In this document: positions 49,778-59,812 of the stretch, piece after piece | Numbering within the stretch: the stretch's first letter is position 1 | Layout: each line of letters begins with the position of its first letter | DNA from: Candidatus Marinacidobacterales bacterium | Lineage (GTDB): Bacteria; Acidobacteriota; Vicinamibacteria; Marinacidobacterales; DATDRI01 | Direction: 5' to 3' | Length of the DNA stretch: 64,000 nucleotides | Assembly (NCBI GenBank): GCA_965226495.1 | Contig: OZ245365.1 | Span: 4,160,001-4,224,000, forward strand | Position numbers and translations under genes: made by a program | The notes under the pieces: generated by a model | What the model was told of the DNA's origin: nothing | The model's database searches: none | The model's input: the letters and a program-made list of their open reading frames with translations, nothing else

Positions 49778-50593
49778 TTGTCTAGCGTGTTGGTGGCAAG
49801 CCCCCGCCAAAGTGCCTTCTCCTTTAGCGTTCATGGCCCCCGATTCGGTTTCGGGTTGGGATATCGCCACCGGCACTTTGCCTACCACTGGCCAACCGTC
49901 AGGCTTGGCTCCCCCTATCCTTACTACCACCGACTTGTGTACGCACGCGCGCGCCCACTGCCAACATACGCTCCCTACCAGGGCTACACGTACGGGTCGG
50001 GCGCTATTCGAACACTCGTGCAACCGAAGCGCGCGGAGGTCTACGTCGACGGCTACTACGCGGGCATTGTCGATGACTTCGACGGTGCGTTCCAAAAGCT
50101 CTACCTTGCGCCTGGTGAGCATGTTATCGAGCTGCGGCTCGAAGGGCACCGAGACTTTCAGCAGCTCATCCTGGTCACTCCGGGCCACACTCAAAAGATC
50201 CACCATGAGTTGGTTCCCCTCACCCCGGAGGAGACCGAAAAGCCCGTACAGCCAGCGGGTGTCGTCCGGGAAGAGAGTCCGGAAGGCCGCGATCGACGGG
50301 CTCCCCCGCCGCCCACCAGTACCGCGCCGGCACCACCAACCTCTCCAGTTCCTGGCTCCGCCTCGCGGGCCCGTTTCGGCGTTCTCAAGCTTCGCGTGCA
50401 GCCGGCGGAGGCCCAGGTCCGGATCGACGGCGAGGTATGGGGACATCTCGGCGGGATGGAAGAGCTCTCGATTCACCTACCCGCAGGTCGGCACTGGATC
50501 GAGCTTCTCCGGGATGGCCAACCTGACTTTTCCACGGAAGTAGAGATCCAGCTCGGACAGCCAACGCCACTGAACGTTAGACTCGCCCCCTAG
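49778..50593 (+). CDS. PEGA domain protein, 5' end probably clipped
   Basis: VQPKRAEVYVDGYYAG..PGEHVIEL and second VQPAEAQVRIDG domain. Confidence 0.8.
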   Translation: MSSVLVASPRQSAFSFSVHGPRFGFGLGYRHRHFAYHWPTVRLGSPYPYYHRLVYARARPLPTYAPYQGYTYGSGAIRTLVQPKRAEVYVDGYYAGIVDDFDGAFQKLYLAPGEHVIELRLEGHRDFQQLILVTPGHTQKIHHELVPLTPEETEKPVQPAGVVREESPEGRDRRAPPPPTSTAPAPPTSPVPGSASRARFGVLKLRVQPAEAQVRIDGEVWGHLGGMEELSIHLPAGRHWIELLRDGQPDFSTEVEIQLGQPTPLNVRLAP

Positions 50594-50752
50594 GCGGGGG
50601 CGAGAGGCGACTCACTCCGTCGGCGGAGCGAGCGGCCCTCGCCCCAGCAACGGGACGACTCGCAGAACTTGACACTTTCCGACCCGGGCGATTATCCTAG
50701 CCCGATCTTGTAGTCACGGATCGACATTTAGAACCTTTGGGAGGACAGTATT

Positions 50753-52180
50753 TTGACGCTTCAAGCTAAGCTCGGCAGCCTGACGATGGCGATGGGTCTA
50801 ACTTTGCTCTTGGGGTCATCGGCCAACGCCGATGGCGACAAGCTGAGCAAGGATGACAAGAAATGGCTCGAGGAGGAGGTTGCGGCCCTCATCACCGCCG
50901 AGGAGCTCGAGATCTACAAAGACCTCAAGTCGAAAGATCGCAAGCTCTTCAAGGAAATCTTCTGGGCCCGCCGAGACCCCAACCCCATGACGCCCAAGAA
51001 CGAGTTCATCGACGGATACAAGGAAAGGGTCAAGGCGGCGGACGAGAACATCAAGAACGTCGGCATGAAGGGTTCTCGCTCGGACATGGGTCGCGTCGTG
51101 CTGCTGCTGGGGAGTCCAACGGAAAACAATCGCGACGGCCAGATCGTAACCTGGAGATACGATCCCAACCCTCCGCTGGGTATCCCCGACGGTCTCAAGC
51201 TTGAGTTTCGCGACGTCGGTATGGGGTATCGCATGTTCGGTTCCGATGACGTCGAGGCAACGCTGGAGCGCGTCAAGACCTTCTACCTGATGAACCGAAG
51301 CGTCCTCTACACCAGGGACGAGGACGGGCGTCTGCTCAAGCCGGACTCGCAATTCGATCCCAATAGCCCAGCCAAGAAGCTGCTGCAAGAGCTGATAGAT
51401 ACGCAAACCGAGAACCCAGCCATCCCCTTCGTAGCGAGAAGCTCTTTCTTTAGAGCCCAGGAGGGCGCGGTTTATGTACCGGTTCTCTTCGAGATCAAGG
51501 CCGAGGCGCTGACCTGGAAGCAAGACAAGGCGGCGGCGACGATTTTCGGAGCCGTGCAAAACGCCGAGGGTCAGACTCTCTTTCCCTTCGAGCAACCGGT
51601 CGAGCTCGAGAACAAAGACGGCATCGCCTTGTACGAGATGCCCGTACAGGTTAGTCCGGGCTCCTATACTTTTCTCTTCGGTGTGCTGGACACTGAATCC
51701 AATACCGTCGGGACGAGGGTTCTTCCGGTCGAGATACCGGACTTCGGCGGCGAAGGCCTAAAGTTGTCTTCCCTGGTCGTCTATTCGGAAGGCCGGAAGG
51801 TCGAGGACTTACCGGGTACTCCTGGGCACGCGTTTCAATTCGGTCCGATCCAATTCGTCCAAATGCCGGGCGACATGGTGACGTACTCGACGAGCGACAA
51901 CATCGGGATCTTCTACTTCGTCTATGGATTCGGCGTAGAGGAAGGCGGCGAGCCCGACCTCACCGCGCAATACGTTTTCTTCAAAGACGGGAAGAGGCGC
52001 GGGCAAACCGGAGCAGAGCCACTTCAAGGTGGTGAGGGCCAGGCGGTCGGAAACGCCGAGATTCCGCTGGCCAGCTTCGAGCCCGGAAACTACAAGATCC
52101 AGATCAAGGTGATCGATAAGGTTACGAAGGAAACAATCACCGACGAGTTCGAGTTCGTCGTGGAGGGTGCTTCCGAGTAG
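50753..52180 (+). CDS. GWxTD-domain exported protein
   Basis: KWLEEEV..IT.EE, FWARRDP.P.T..NEF, GSRSDMGR..LG.P; TTG start after GGAGG. Confidence 0.85.
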   Translation: MTLQAKLGSLTMAMGLTLLLGSSANADGDKLSKDDKKWLEEEVAALITAEELEIYKDLKSKDRKLFKEIFWARRDPNPMTPKNEFIDGYKERVKAADENIKNVGMKGSRSDMGRVVLLLGSPTENNRDGQIVTWRYDPNPPLGIPDGLKLEFRDVGMGYRMFGSDDVEATLERVKTFYLMNRSVLYTRDEDGRLLKPDSQFDPNSPAKKLLQELIDTQTENPAIPFVARSSFFRAQEGAVYVPVLFEIKAEALTWKQDKAAATIFGAVQNAEGQTLFPFEQPVELENKDGIALYEMPVQVSPGSYTFLFGVLDTESNTVGTRVLPVEIPDFGGEGLKLSSLVVYSEGRKVEDLPGTPGHAFQFGPIQFVQMPGDMVTYSTSDNIGIFYFVYGFGVEEGGEPDLTAQYVFFKDGKRRGQTGAEPLQGGEGQAVGNAEIPLASFEPGNYKIQIKVIDKVTKETITDEFEFVVEGASE

Positions 52181-52204
52181 AAACCACGTTTAACCGAAAC
52201 AAGG

Positions 52205-52248
52205 ACGGGAACGGCTTCCTACAAAAGTCGTTCCCGTTTTTCTTTTTT
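52205..52248 (+). terminator. Rho-independent terminator
   Basis: ACGGGAACGGCTT..AAGTCGTTCCCGT followed by T-run. Confidence 0.7.
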
Positions 52249-52266
52249 GGGGATGAAAAGTCCTGG

Positions 52267-52366
52267 CCCCTCACCCAGGGGGAGAGGGATTAACGGATGA
52301 GGAGTCCTTTAGCCCTCACCCAGGCCCTCTCCCAGAGGGAGAGGGATTAACGGATGAGGAGTCCTT
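52267..52366 (+). repeat. Two REP-like units, first internally deleted
   Basis: CCCTCACCCAGG..GGGAGAGGGATTAACGGATGAGGAGTCCTTTA twice. Confidence 0.85.
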
Positions 52367-52368
52367 TA

Positions 52369-53538
52369 TTAAGCGGCTTTGCGAGCCTTGGACTTGGATA
52401 GGATTTCGATAGCCTTCTCGAGAATGGGGTCGCCATCACCGTTGTCTGCCTGAAACGAATCCGCGACTTCTACGGTAGGCTCGAGACCCTTGCCCAGAAG
52501 GGTTTCGCCTTTCGGTGTCGAGTACTGAGACACCGAAAGCACGAGGCCCGAACCGTCGTCGAGGGGGATAGCCTTCTGGACACCGCCGCGGCCGGCCGTA
52601 CGCTCCCCGACCAGCTCGCCTCTTTCCGCATGCTGGATAGCGCTTCCGAAGATCTCTGCAGCGGTGGATGTACCACGGTTCGCCAGGACCGTGATGGGAC
52701 CGTCAAAAACAACCCGCCCGGTCTCGAGCGCAAGTTCGGTCTTTTCTCCGGCGCGATTCTCGAGAATGGCGGCCACGCCACCTGACATGAAGAGCTCAGC
52801 CACCTGAGAACCCTCTGCAGCTGTCCGACCGAAACTATTCCGCACGTCCACGACCAAAGCGGTCGCACCGTCGCCGGTCATGCTCCGAACGGCGCTCGTC
52901 ACTTCTTCGTCCACTCCGGGTCGAAAGGCCGCGATCCGAATGTACCCGATGGAGTCCGTCAGCATCTTGTAGGCCACCACGTCCCCGGAATGGACCTCTC
53001 GCTTGACGCTGATCTCAATGGGATCCGCCTGACGCCCGCGGATCACCTGCAAATCTACGGTGGTACCGGTGGGACCTCGTAACATCGATTCGCCAATCGC
53101 AACGCTGAATTCACGCGTGTTTCTACCTCCCACCGATTTTAGGAGGTCGCCCGGTTGAAGGCCGGCTTTTTCGGCAGCAGAATCTGGGAGCACACCTACT
53201 ACCGACAGGTAGTAACGCTTGGTTACTTCGACTCCAATCCCCGCCGTTTCCTGTTCCCCCGGATTCTGAAACTTGGCGAACTCTTCCGGCGACAGGTAGG
53301 CGCTATCCGAATCGAGGGCTTCCATCATCCCTCGGATCCCGCCTTCGAGTACTCCATCCATCTCCACCGCGTCCACGTAGTTGTTCATGATCAGAGTGAC
53401 GACGTCTTGAAAGACGGACAAATATCGATAGGCGGAGTCTCGGGCCAGGGCCCGACCCAGGACCCCTCCCAAAACCACGTAGATGACGAAGGGACCGGAG
53501 AGCAGCAGGAGCAAGTGCCTGGCACGAACGAACTTCAT
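52369..53538 (-). CDS. S41/CtpA-like PDZ protein with degenerate active site
   Basis: GIGVEV, AEKAGLQPGD, IGYIRI; GTSTAAE and TAGRG. Confidence 0.85.
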   Translation of the reverse strand: MKFVRARHLLLLLSGPFVIYVVLGGVLGRALARDSAYRYLSVFQDVVTLIMNNYVDAVEMDGVLEGGIRGMMEALDSDSAYLSPEEFAKFQNPGEQETAGIGVEVTKRYYLSVVGVLPDSAAEKAGLQPGDLLKSVGGRNTREFSVAIGESMLRGPTGTTVDLQVIRGRQADPIEISVKREVHSGDVVAYKMLTDSIGYIRIAAFRPGVDEEVTSAVRSMTGDGATALVVDVRNSFGRTAAEGSQVAELFMSGGVAAILENRAGEKTELALETGRVVFDGPITVLANRGTSTAAEIFGSAIQHAERGELVGERTAGRGGVQKAIPLDDGSGLVLSVSQYSTPKGETLLGKGLEPTVEVADSFQADNGDGDPILEKAIEILSKSKARKAA

Positions 53539-53611
53539 GATGCGGGAGCCTCCTGGGCGTGTAGCGTTACAAAAACCATCTTTTCCATTCTGCCTTCACG
53601 CCCGCCAATCG

Positions 53612-54847
53612 TCAAGGCGAAGGCATTCTCAGGTCTGTGGTGCGTTTTGGTGGCTCGGCCAGCCACTCCTCCGGATTCACCGGCTGGCCGTCCTCGCGGA
53701 TCTCGAAATAAAGGCTGGGCCCGATGAGAGACCCCGTATCCCCAACGAGGGCGATCTCATCGCCGCGCCGGATAGTGTCACCCTCCCGGACCTTGATCTC
53801 GGACAGATGCCCGTAGAGGCTGTGTACCTTGTGCGGGTGGCTCACAATAAGGAGTGTGCCGTAGCCTTGGAACCAGGACGCAAAAACTGCCTCCCCGTCG
53901 TAGACCGCCCGAACCGAGGTACCGATCGGGGCGTTGATCTCGACGCCGTTTTGCACGGTCACGGTGCGGAATCGAGGGTGCCGGTGCTTGCCGAAGCTGG
54001 CACCGATCCGGCCCTCGACTGGCCAGCCGAGCTCCCCGCGAAAGAGGCGGATGGGAAGAAACAACGTGTCGAGCTGGTTCTCCCCACCTACTTCCAGGTC
54101 GGCGATCAAGGTAGTCAGTCGCGACCGCGCGTCTTCCAACTCGAATTGCAAGGTCTCAGCCATCTCTCGGCGTTCATAGATTTCTTCCAAGAGCGCCGCC
54201 CTAGTGGCCCGCCGTCGCTCGAGGGATCGCGCCGTCCCTTCGAGATCTTTCTTGGTCTCGAGTGTCTGCCTCGTCCCTTCGAGAAGCTCCGCTTTCGTTT
54301 CCTCGAGAGCTTCTTGATCGGCCAAGAACTGACTGATCTTTTCCGCATCCACCCGAGCCAATCGAGAAATGTAGCGATACGCACGGGTCAGCTCATTCGG
54401 CTCTTCGACCGAAAGCAGCAGACGCATATAGCTAAGCTTGCCCAGCTTGTAGAGACCCACCGCTCGGCTCGCAAGGTAAGGCATCAATTCTCGGATGGAA
54501 GCCTCAAGAGCCTGAACCTGCTTGAGATTGCGATCGATCTCCCGATAACCCCGCTCGAGCTGAAGCGTCAAAAGCTGGACCTTCTGATGCGCAACTGCTA
54601 TCTGCACTTCTAGACGATGGAGCTCCCCGATGACCGTCGTCTGCTGATCGTCCAGGGACACGAGCTCATCGTTCAGGACAGCAAGCTTCTCGGATAGCAG
54701 CTCGAGCTTGGCTTCTTCCTCGGCAAGACGGTCTGGGTCGGGGTCCTGACCAACGAGCACACTAGCCGCCATCAGGCACAGAGTCATGGCGGAAGAGACA
54801 AGTGTCCACTTGGCGAGGAGCCGGCGGCGAATCCGGGAAACGCGCAA
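53612..54847 (-). CDS. envC: EnvC-like murein hydrolase activator
   Basis: Long coiled coil plus degenerate M23 domain (NGVEI, YGHL, LYFEIR). Confidence 0.82.
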   Translation of the reverse strand: MRVSRIRRRLLAKWTLVSSAMTLCLMAASVLVGQDPDPDRLAEEEAKLELLSEKLAVLNDELVSLDDQQTTVIGELHRLEVQIAVAHQKVQLLTLQLERGYREIDRNLKQVQALEASIRELMPYLASRAVGLYKLGKLSYMRLLLSVEEPNELTRAYRYISRLARVDAEKISQFLADQEALEETKAELLEGTRQTLETKKDLEGTARSLERRRATRAALLEEIYERREMAETLQFELEDARSRLTTLIADLEVGGENQLDTLFLPIRLFRGELGWPVEGRIGASFGKHRHPRFRTVTVQNGVEINAPIGTSVRAVYDGEAVFASWFQGYGTLLIVSHPHKVHSLYGHLSEIKVREGDTIRRGDEIALVGDTGSLIGPSLYFEIREDGQPVNPEEWLAEPPKRTTDLRMPSP

Positions 54848-54932
54848 GATATTTCTCAGTGAATGGAGGATAAGCTAGTGTCATTATAAGCGTTTACCCT
54901 CGGAGTGACAACGGATTTTTGGAGCGAAGGGC

Positions 54933-55964
54933 TCAGCGAACCACGAGTCGTCCGGGCTGCCCTAGCTTCCCCGCGAGCTCGACGGTACGCTCGAGAAACG
55001 CCTTGATCACATCGACGTTCGTTCGGAGGTGCTCGGTTACCCGGACGGTCGTGAACTCAGAGGGGCCGGACGCCAAAGCGAGGGGGAGTACGATTTGATC
55101 GGCGAGCCGCTCATCAACCGCACCGGGTCGTTCCAAGTAGAAGCGGAACTGCGCCGCCGCCTCCTCACCGACCGCTTCCGCCGACTTGCCCCGCGTCCCG
55201 AGCGCAGACGTGGTGATCCACGTTTCATCGAAGCGGCCGGAGATGGCGACCACGCTTCCCGGTGACGCGGCATCGAGCTTCAGAAGTTGCACCGAGGCCT
55301 CGTGCCCGGTCGCCTGCACTCCGGCGCGCGCCCGTGCCGCTTGTCTCTGTCGAACATGGGCCGGAATACCGGCCGCCGCTGAAACGATCTCGAGAGACCG
55401 CAGCGACCCAGGGTCCAGAAGTTGAAGGGAACGAAGCTTGGCTCCCCCCTCGATGCGCGCCGAGATCTGTCCGCCACCTCTTGGGTAAAAGCCAGCCCTA
55501 TCGAGTTGGACGTTCATCTCGAGACCGAGACGGCGCACGAAGGGAAGCCAGCACGACTCGATATAGTTGAACGGTGGGCTCCCGGGTACGTGCGTGCCCC
55601 CGCAGAGAACGAGCTCCGAGGGCCCCTCGGCGAGCGCCAATGGCAGGGTGAGAGCCTGGAGCACCAAGGTCGCCGACCCGGCGGTGCGGATGTCCACTCG
55701 ATAAGACCCTGGCCGCAAACGCTCGGGTGTGAAAACCACTTCGCGGGAACCCTCTTCGTCGCCGCGGCAGGAAGCCCCGCTCAGTTCGCGAAACGCCCTC
55801 AGCGCGTGCAGGTGTTGCGGTGCCAGTCCGGGTGGGCTTCGCCGCCCACGGATCCCACGAATATGGAAGGGGCGTCCGGTAATGACAGAAAGGGCGAGCG
55901 CGGAACGAAGCACTTGGCCGCCGCCCTCTCCGCGACCCCCATCGATTTGAACAAGCTCGGCCAT
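54933..55964 (-). CDS. rtcA: RNA 3'-terminal phosphate cyclase
   Basis: GEGGGQVLR, GGTHV, GFYPRGGG, LADQ, HLRTN. Confidence 0.95.
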   Translation of the reverse strand: MAELVQIDGGRGEGGGQVLRSALALSVITGRPFHIRGIRGRRSPPGLAPQHLHALRAFRELSGASCRGDEEGSREVVFTPERLRPGSYRVDIRTAGSATLVLQALTLPLALAEGPSELVLCGGTHVPGSPPFNYIESCWLPFVRRLGLEMNVQLDRAGFYPRGGGQISARIEGGAKLRSLQLLDPGSLRSLEIVSAAAGIPAHVRQRQAARARAGVQATGHEASVQLLKLDAASPGSVVAISGRFDETWITTSALGTRGKSAEAVGEEAAAQFRFYLERPGAVDERLADQIVLPLALASGPSEFTTVRVTEHLRTNVDVIKAFLERTVELAGKLGQPGRLVVR

Positions 55965-56028
55965 TTCTGTTGTTTGACGGTTGTTTTAACCGGTGGCTAT
56001 ACTACTTTTTTCCAAAAATTCTCACACG

Positions 56029-56496
56029 ATGCGATTCATGGGGCTGGATTTCGGCAGCAAATACATCGGCATTGCTGTCTCCGACGAAGGGGGCCTCATC
56101 GCCTCGCCGCGCGAGTCACTGCGCCGCACCAACCTCGAAAAAGACATCGAGCACCTTACTTCGGGGGCTGGGGAGGAAGACGTCGGAGAGTTTGTGGTCG
56201 GCATGCCGCTTTCCCTAGACGGGAGCGAGGGGCCGCAGGCGAAGAAAGTGATGGCATTCATCAGTAAGCTCCAGCAAATGTCGGAAATCCACGTCACGCC
56301 GTGGGACGAGCGTCTTACGACGGTCGCGGCCCAGCGCTCCTTGATCGAAGCCGACGTGTCTCGCGCTCGCCGCAAGAAAGTCGTCGACAAGGTAGCGGCT
56401 GCCATTATGCTCCAAAGCTACTTGGACTACCGTAGTATCAAGCAGTCCTCGGAGGAGTCGCAAGCCCGGCAGGCCGAGTCGGACGAAGAGTCCTGA
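56029..56496 (+). CDS. ruvX: YqgF/RuvX family nuclease
   Basis: GLDFGSKYIGIAVSD, VVGMP, DERLTT, DKVAA. Confidence 0.93.
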   Translation: MRFMGLDFGSKYIGIAVSDEGGLIASPRESLRRTNLEKDIEHLTSGAGEEDVGEFVVGMPLSLDGSEGPQAKKVMAFISKLQQMSEIHVTPWDERLTTVAAQRSLIEADVSRARRKKVVDKVAAAIMLQSYLDYRSIKQSSEESQARQAESDEES

Positions 56497-56517
56497 CATT
56501 GATGAAGTGACGAAGCG

Positions 56518-57591
56518 ATGAAACGATTGAAGCGCGTCCTGTGGCTCCTTGCAATTTCTGTCCTTCTCGTCTGCGTTGCGGCAGGGGTCGGAGTGTATGC
56601 CGCTTACCAAAAGGCGACCGAACCCTACAAAGGTTACTCTGGAGACGAGATCTTTTTCACGGTAACGCAGGGGCAAACGGGCGCATCCATTGCTCGGGAG
56701 CTCGAAGCTGAGGGAATTACCCGCGATCACCGATTGTTCGTCGCCGCACTCTGGCTCAAGAAGGCGACCGGCCGCCTACAAGCCGGTGAATATCGTTTCA
56801 CGAAACCGGCCTCCACGGTGGATGTTATCGACCGGCTCGCCGACGGCGACATCTATTTGTTGTCGGTAACGATACCGGAGGGATTGACTCTTTCCGAGAC
56901 CGCCGACCACCTAGCAAGAAAGGGCATCGGCGACGCCGACGCGTTTCGCGCCGTCTTCGGTCGACGCGAGCTCATCGCGTCGACCGATCCCGAGGCCAGC
57001 GACCTCGAGGGCTACCTTTTCCCCGAGACCTATCGATTTCCACGCCGGCCCGCACCGGAGGAAGTAGCCCGCGCCTTGACCGCCCGCTTCATCCAGCTCT
57101 TCGATGAAGAACGTCTGGCAAAGGCAGCCAGTCTAGAGTTCGATGTACGCGACGTCGTGACCTTGGCCTCGATCGTTGAGAAGGAAACGGGCCGAGCCGA
57201 AGAGAGGCCTCTCATTGCCTCGGTGTTCTGGAACCGGCTCAATCGCCGCATGGCATTGCAGTCGGATCCCACGATCATCTACGCCCTGAAGCGGCAGGGT
57301 CGCTACGACGGGAATCTCAGGCGAGACGATCTCAAGTTGGACTCCCCATACAACACCTATCGTTTTCCCGGGCTTCCTCCCGGTCCGATCGCATCTCCGG
57401 GCCTGGCAGCCATCGACGCGGTGCTCTCGCCGCCGGAGACCAAGTATCTCTACTTCGTATCCAAGAACGATGGCTCCCATTATTTCTCGCGCACTCTGAG
57501 AGAACACACCAACGCGGTGCGGAAGTACCAGGTGGAGTATTTTCGGCAGAAGCGTCGCGAAAGGCAAAAGAAGAAGGCAGGCGTTTCGTGA
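56518..57591 (+). CDS. mltG: Endolytic transglycosylase MltG
   Basis: TIPEG, LEGYLFPETY, LASIVEKE, SPYNTY..GLPPGPI. Confidence 0.95.
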   Translation: MKRLKRVLWLLAISVLLVCVAAGVGVYAAYQKATEPYKGYSGDEIFFTVTQGQTGASIARELEAEGITRDHRLFVAALWLKKATGRLQAGEYRFTKPASTVDVIDRLADGDIYLLSVTIPEGLTLSETADHLARKGIGDADAFRAVFGRRELIASTDPEASDLEGYLFPETYRFPRRPAPEEVARALTARFIQLFDEERLAKAASLEFDVRDVVTLASIVEKETGRAEERPLIASVFWNRLNRRMALQSDPTIIYALKRQGRYDGNLRRDDLKLDSPYNTYRFPGLPPGPIASPGLAAIDAVLSPPETKYLYFVSKNDGSHYFSRTLREHTNAVRKYQVEYFRQKRRERQKKKAGVS

Positions 57592-59684
57592 TCGGGAAGA
57601 GGGCGGGCCTCGGCCTCACCCTCGTTCTGGTCTACGCCGGACTCACCGTCCTCTTTACTTATCCCTTGGTCTGGTTTCTTACCAGCCATCATGCGGGCGA
57701 AGCCGGCGGTGACGCGCGCGTCTACCTGTGGAACATGTGGTGGGTGGACAAAGCGCTGACCGAGCTCCACACCAACCCCTTCGAGACCGATTTCATCTTT
57801 TATCCTCTTGGCATAGGCCTTTCGCTGCACACGCTCGGTCTCTCACAAGGTCTGCTCTTCATTGCCTTGAAGATCTTGCTCGGCGACGTCGCGGCGGCCA
57901 ACTCCATCCTGCTGATTACCTTTGTTGCCTCGGCCCTCGGAATGTACGCGCTCGCTCGATACTTAGGAGCGTCGACGTTGGGAGCCTTCCTTGCCGGGCT
58001 CGCCTTCGCTTTTTGCCCGTATCGGCTGGCTCGACTGGCCGGACACTACGATCTGCTTGGAACCGAATGGATTCCTCTCTATACCCTCTTTTTCCTCAAG
58101 GCGCTCCGTGTAAAAAGGCTCGACGCGAAGCTGCTACTAGCTGCGGGAGTGCTGGCGGCGCTCTGCGGATATACGACGCTTACTTATCTCGTCTTTCTCG
58201 CGTTGTTGAGCGGCCTCTATGTGCTTTGGCGAACGGCCTGCGACCGGCGCGACTTTTCGCCGATTGGGCGCGCGGCGCTCATTGGCCTAGTGACGGCGGG
58301 ATTGCTTCTCCCTCTTTTGCTCCAAGTGAATCGAGACCTATCTGCGTGGCGTTACTCCGCCTATCCGGGCTCCGATCGCTACGGCGCCGATCTTGCCTCC
58401 TACGCGTTGCCTGGACCCCAGCAAAACCTGTTGGGCGATTCGCTAGGACAAAGCTTCGATTCGAACTTGACCGAGGCCACCATCTTCCCGGGTTATGTGC
58501 TGCTGCTCGTGCTCGTCGGAGCGTTGTCAACGTCTTACGTGCGTCGCAACTACGTGTTTTGGTTTGTCGCTGCGGGAGTCTTTCTTCTATTGAGTCTCGG
58601 AAGTTCGTTGAAGATCGCAGGCTGGGAATCGGGGATCCCTCTCCCCTTCGCGTTGTTTCAAGAGCTCCCTTTGCTCGAGCATTTGCGCGCACCCTCCCGG
58701 CTTTCCATCGTGTTCATGCTTTGTGCCGCGGTACTTCTCGGCGTGACCTGGAGTTTTTGGATGGAGCGGGTCCGAAGGCCAGTATCGCGGGTGTTCCTGA
58801 CCGGCTTGGTGGCTATCGGTCTCGTCGCCGAATACCTGGCGATCCCGGTCCCCGTCTTCACCGCGGGGGTAGCGCCCATCCATCGGCAGCTCGCGGCGGA
58901 ACAAGAACAGTTCACGGTGATGGAGATCCCTGGCATCGAGCAGGTGCCTGAGCAATTGATGTATCACCAGACGGTGCACGGCAAGAACATCTTTATTGGA
59001 ACCGCAGCACGAGTCCCCCCCGAAAAGACGGCGTACTATTTCGGCCTACCGCTCGTCCGCCCGCTGGTCGACCTTCGCAAGGGGAAGATCGCTTTGAGCC
59101 CCGAGCTAATCAGCGAGCAAAGCGAGTTGGCGCCCGGCGTGGCTGCGTTTCTCGGCCTTCGCTACTTCATCGTGGAGAAGGCCTATGCTAAACGAGGCGT
59201 CCTGGAGTTTCTCGAAAAGGTTCTGCCGCTGGATCGTACCTACGAGGACGAAGAGAGGATTGGGTTGCGCGTCCGGGCCGACGAGCTCCCCCTCCCCCGG
59301 CATGCGATCGATCCGGGGGCCGCGGACTCACGTATGTATTTCGCCACCGGCTGGTCGAGGGCGGAGCAAGCGGAAGGGAGGAGCTTCCGGTGGGCCAACG
59401 AGAGCCGCTCGACCCTGTTGCTAAGGCGCCCCGACGACGCGGCGGGAGTGGTGGTCGAAATCTCTCCGCTCGACAACGAGTCGCAGCGGGTGACCGCGCG
59501 TATCGATGGAATGCTCCTCGGCGAAGCTACTCTCTCGCCTGGCTGGAACGAGATTCGATGGACGCTTCCTTCGCGCACGCGCCGCGTGGAACGACTCGAC
59601 CTTCAGTGGTCCGTGCTTACGCAGGCTTCCGAAGCCGACCCGAGGCGATTGGCCGCGCGCGTGTCCTCAATCCGCTTTGAGTAG
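57588..59684 (+). CDS. Polytopic membrane protein, GT-C/YfhO-like
   Basis: TYPL..GDA..WN.WW, FAFCPYR, RAPSR; many TM helices and a soluble C-terminus. Confidence 0.65.
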   Translation: MIGKRAGLGLTLVLVYAGLTVLFTYPLVWFLTSHHAGEAGGDARVYLWNMWWVDKALTELHTNPFETDFIFYPLGIGLSLHTLGLSQGLLFIALKILLGDVAAANSILLITFVASALGMYALARYLGASTLGAFLAGLAFAFCPYRLARLAGHYDLLGTEWIPLYTLFFLKALRVKRLDAKLLLAAGVLAALCGYTTLTYLVFLALLSGLYVLWRTACDRRDFSPIGRAALIGLVTAGLLLPLLLQVNRDLSAWRYSAYPGSDRYGADLASYALPGPQQNLLGDSLGQSFDSNLTEATIFPGYVLLLVLVGALSTSYVRRNYVFWFVAAGVFLLLSLGSSLKIAGWESGIPLPFALFQELPLLEHLRAPSRLSIVFMLCAAVLLGVTWSFWMERVRRPVSRVFLTGLVAIGLVAEYLAIPVPVFTAGVAPIHRQLAAEQEQFTVMEIPGIEQVPEQLMYHQTVHGKNIFIGTAARVPPEKTAYYFGLPLVRPLVDLRKGKIALSPELISEQSELAPGVAAFLGLRYFIVEKAYAKRGVLEFLEKVLPLDRTYEDEERIGLRVRADELPLPRHAIDPGAADSRMYFATGWSRAEQAEGRSFRWANESRSTLLLRRPDDAAGVVVEISPLDNESQRVTARIDGMLLGEATLSPGWNEIRWTLPSRTRRVERLDLQWSVLTQASEADPRRLAARVSSIRFE

Positions 59685-59751
59685 GCGTCTGACGGGGCAT
59701 ACAGCAGCAACCACGCTGACTGACGCCAAGAATGGGTTTAAGCAAGCAACG

Positions 59752-59810
59752 AGGGTCTGAATGCACAAAACTAGATCAGACCCCTGTAATAAAACGGGGT
59801 CAGACCCCTG
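59752..59810. repeat. GGGGTCAGACCCC-type palindromic repeats
   Basis: AGGGTCTGA..TCAGACCCCTGT and GGGGTCAGACCCCTGT between convergent genes. Confidence 0.65.
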
Positions 59811-59812
59811 TC

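Noticed and set aside
53483-58951. Long alternate ORFs 53483-54613, 55422-56267 and 57728-58951
   Set aside because: Overlap well-supported genes and lack motifs; expected in GC-rich DNA
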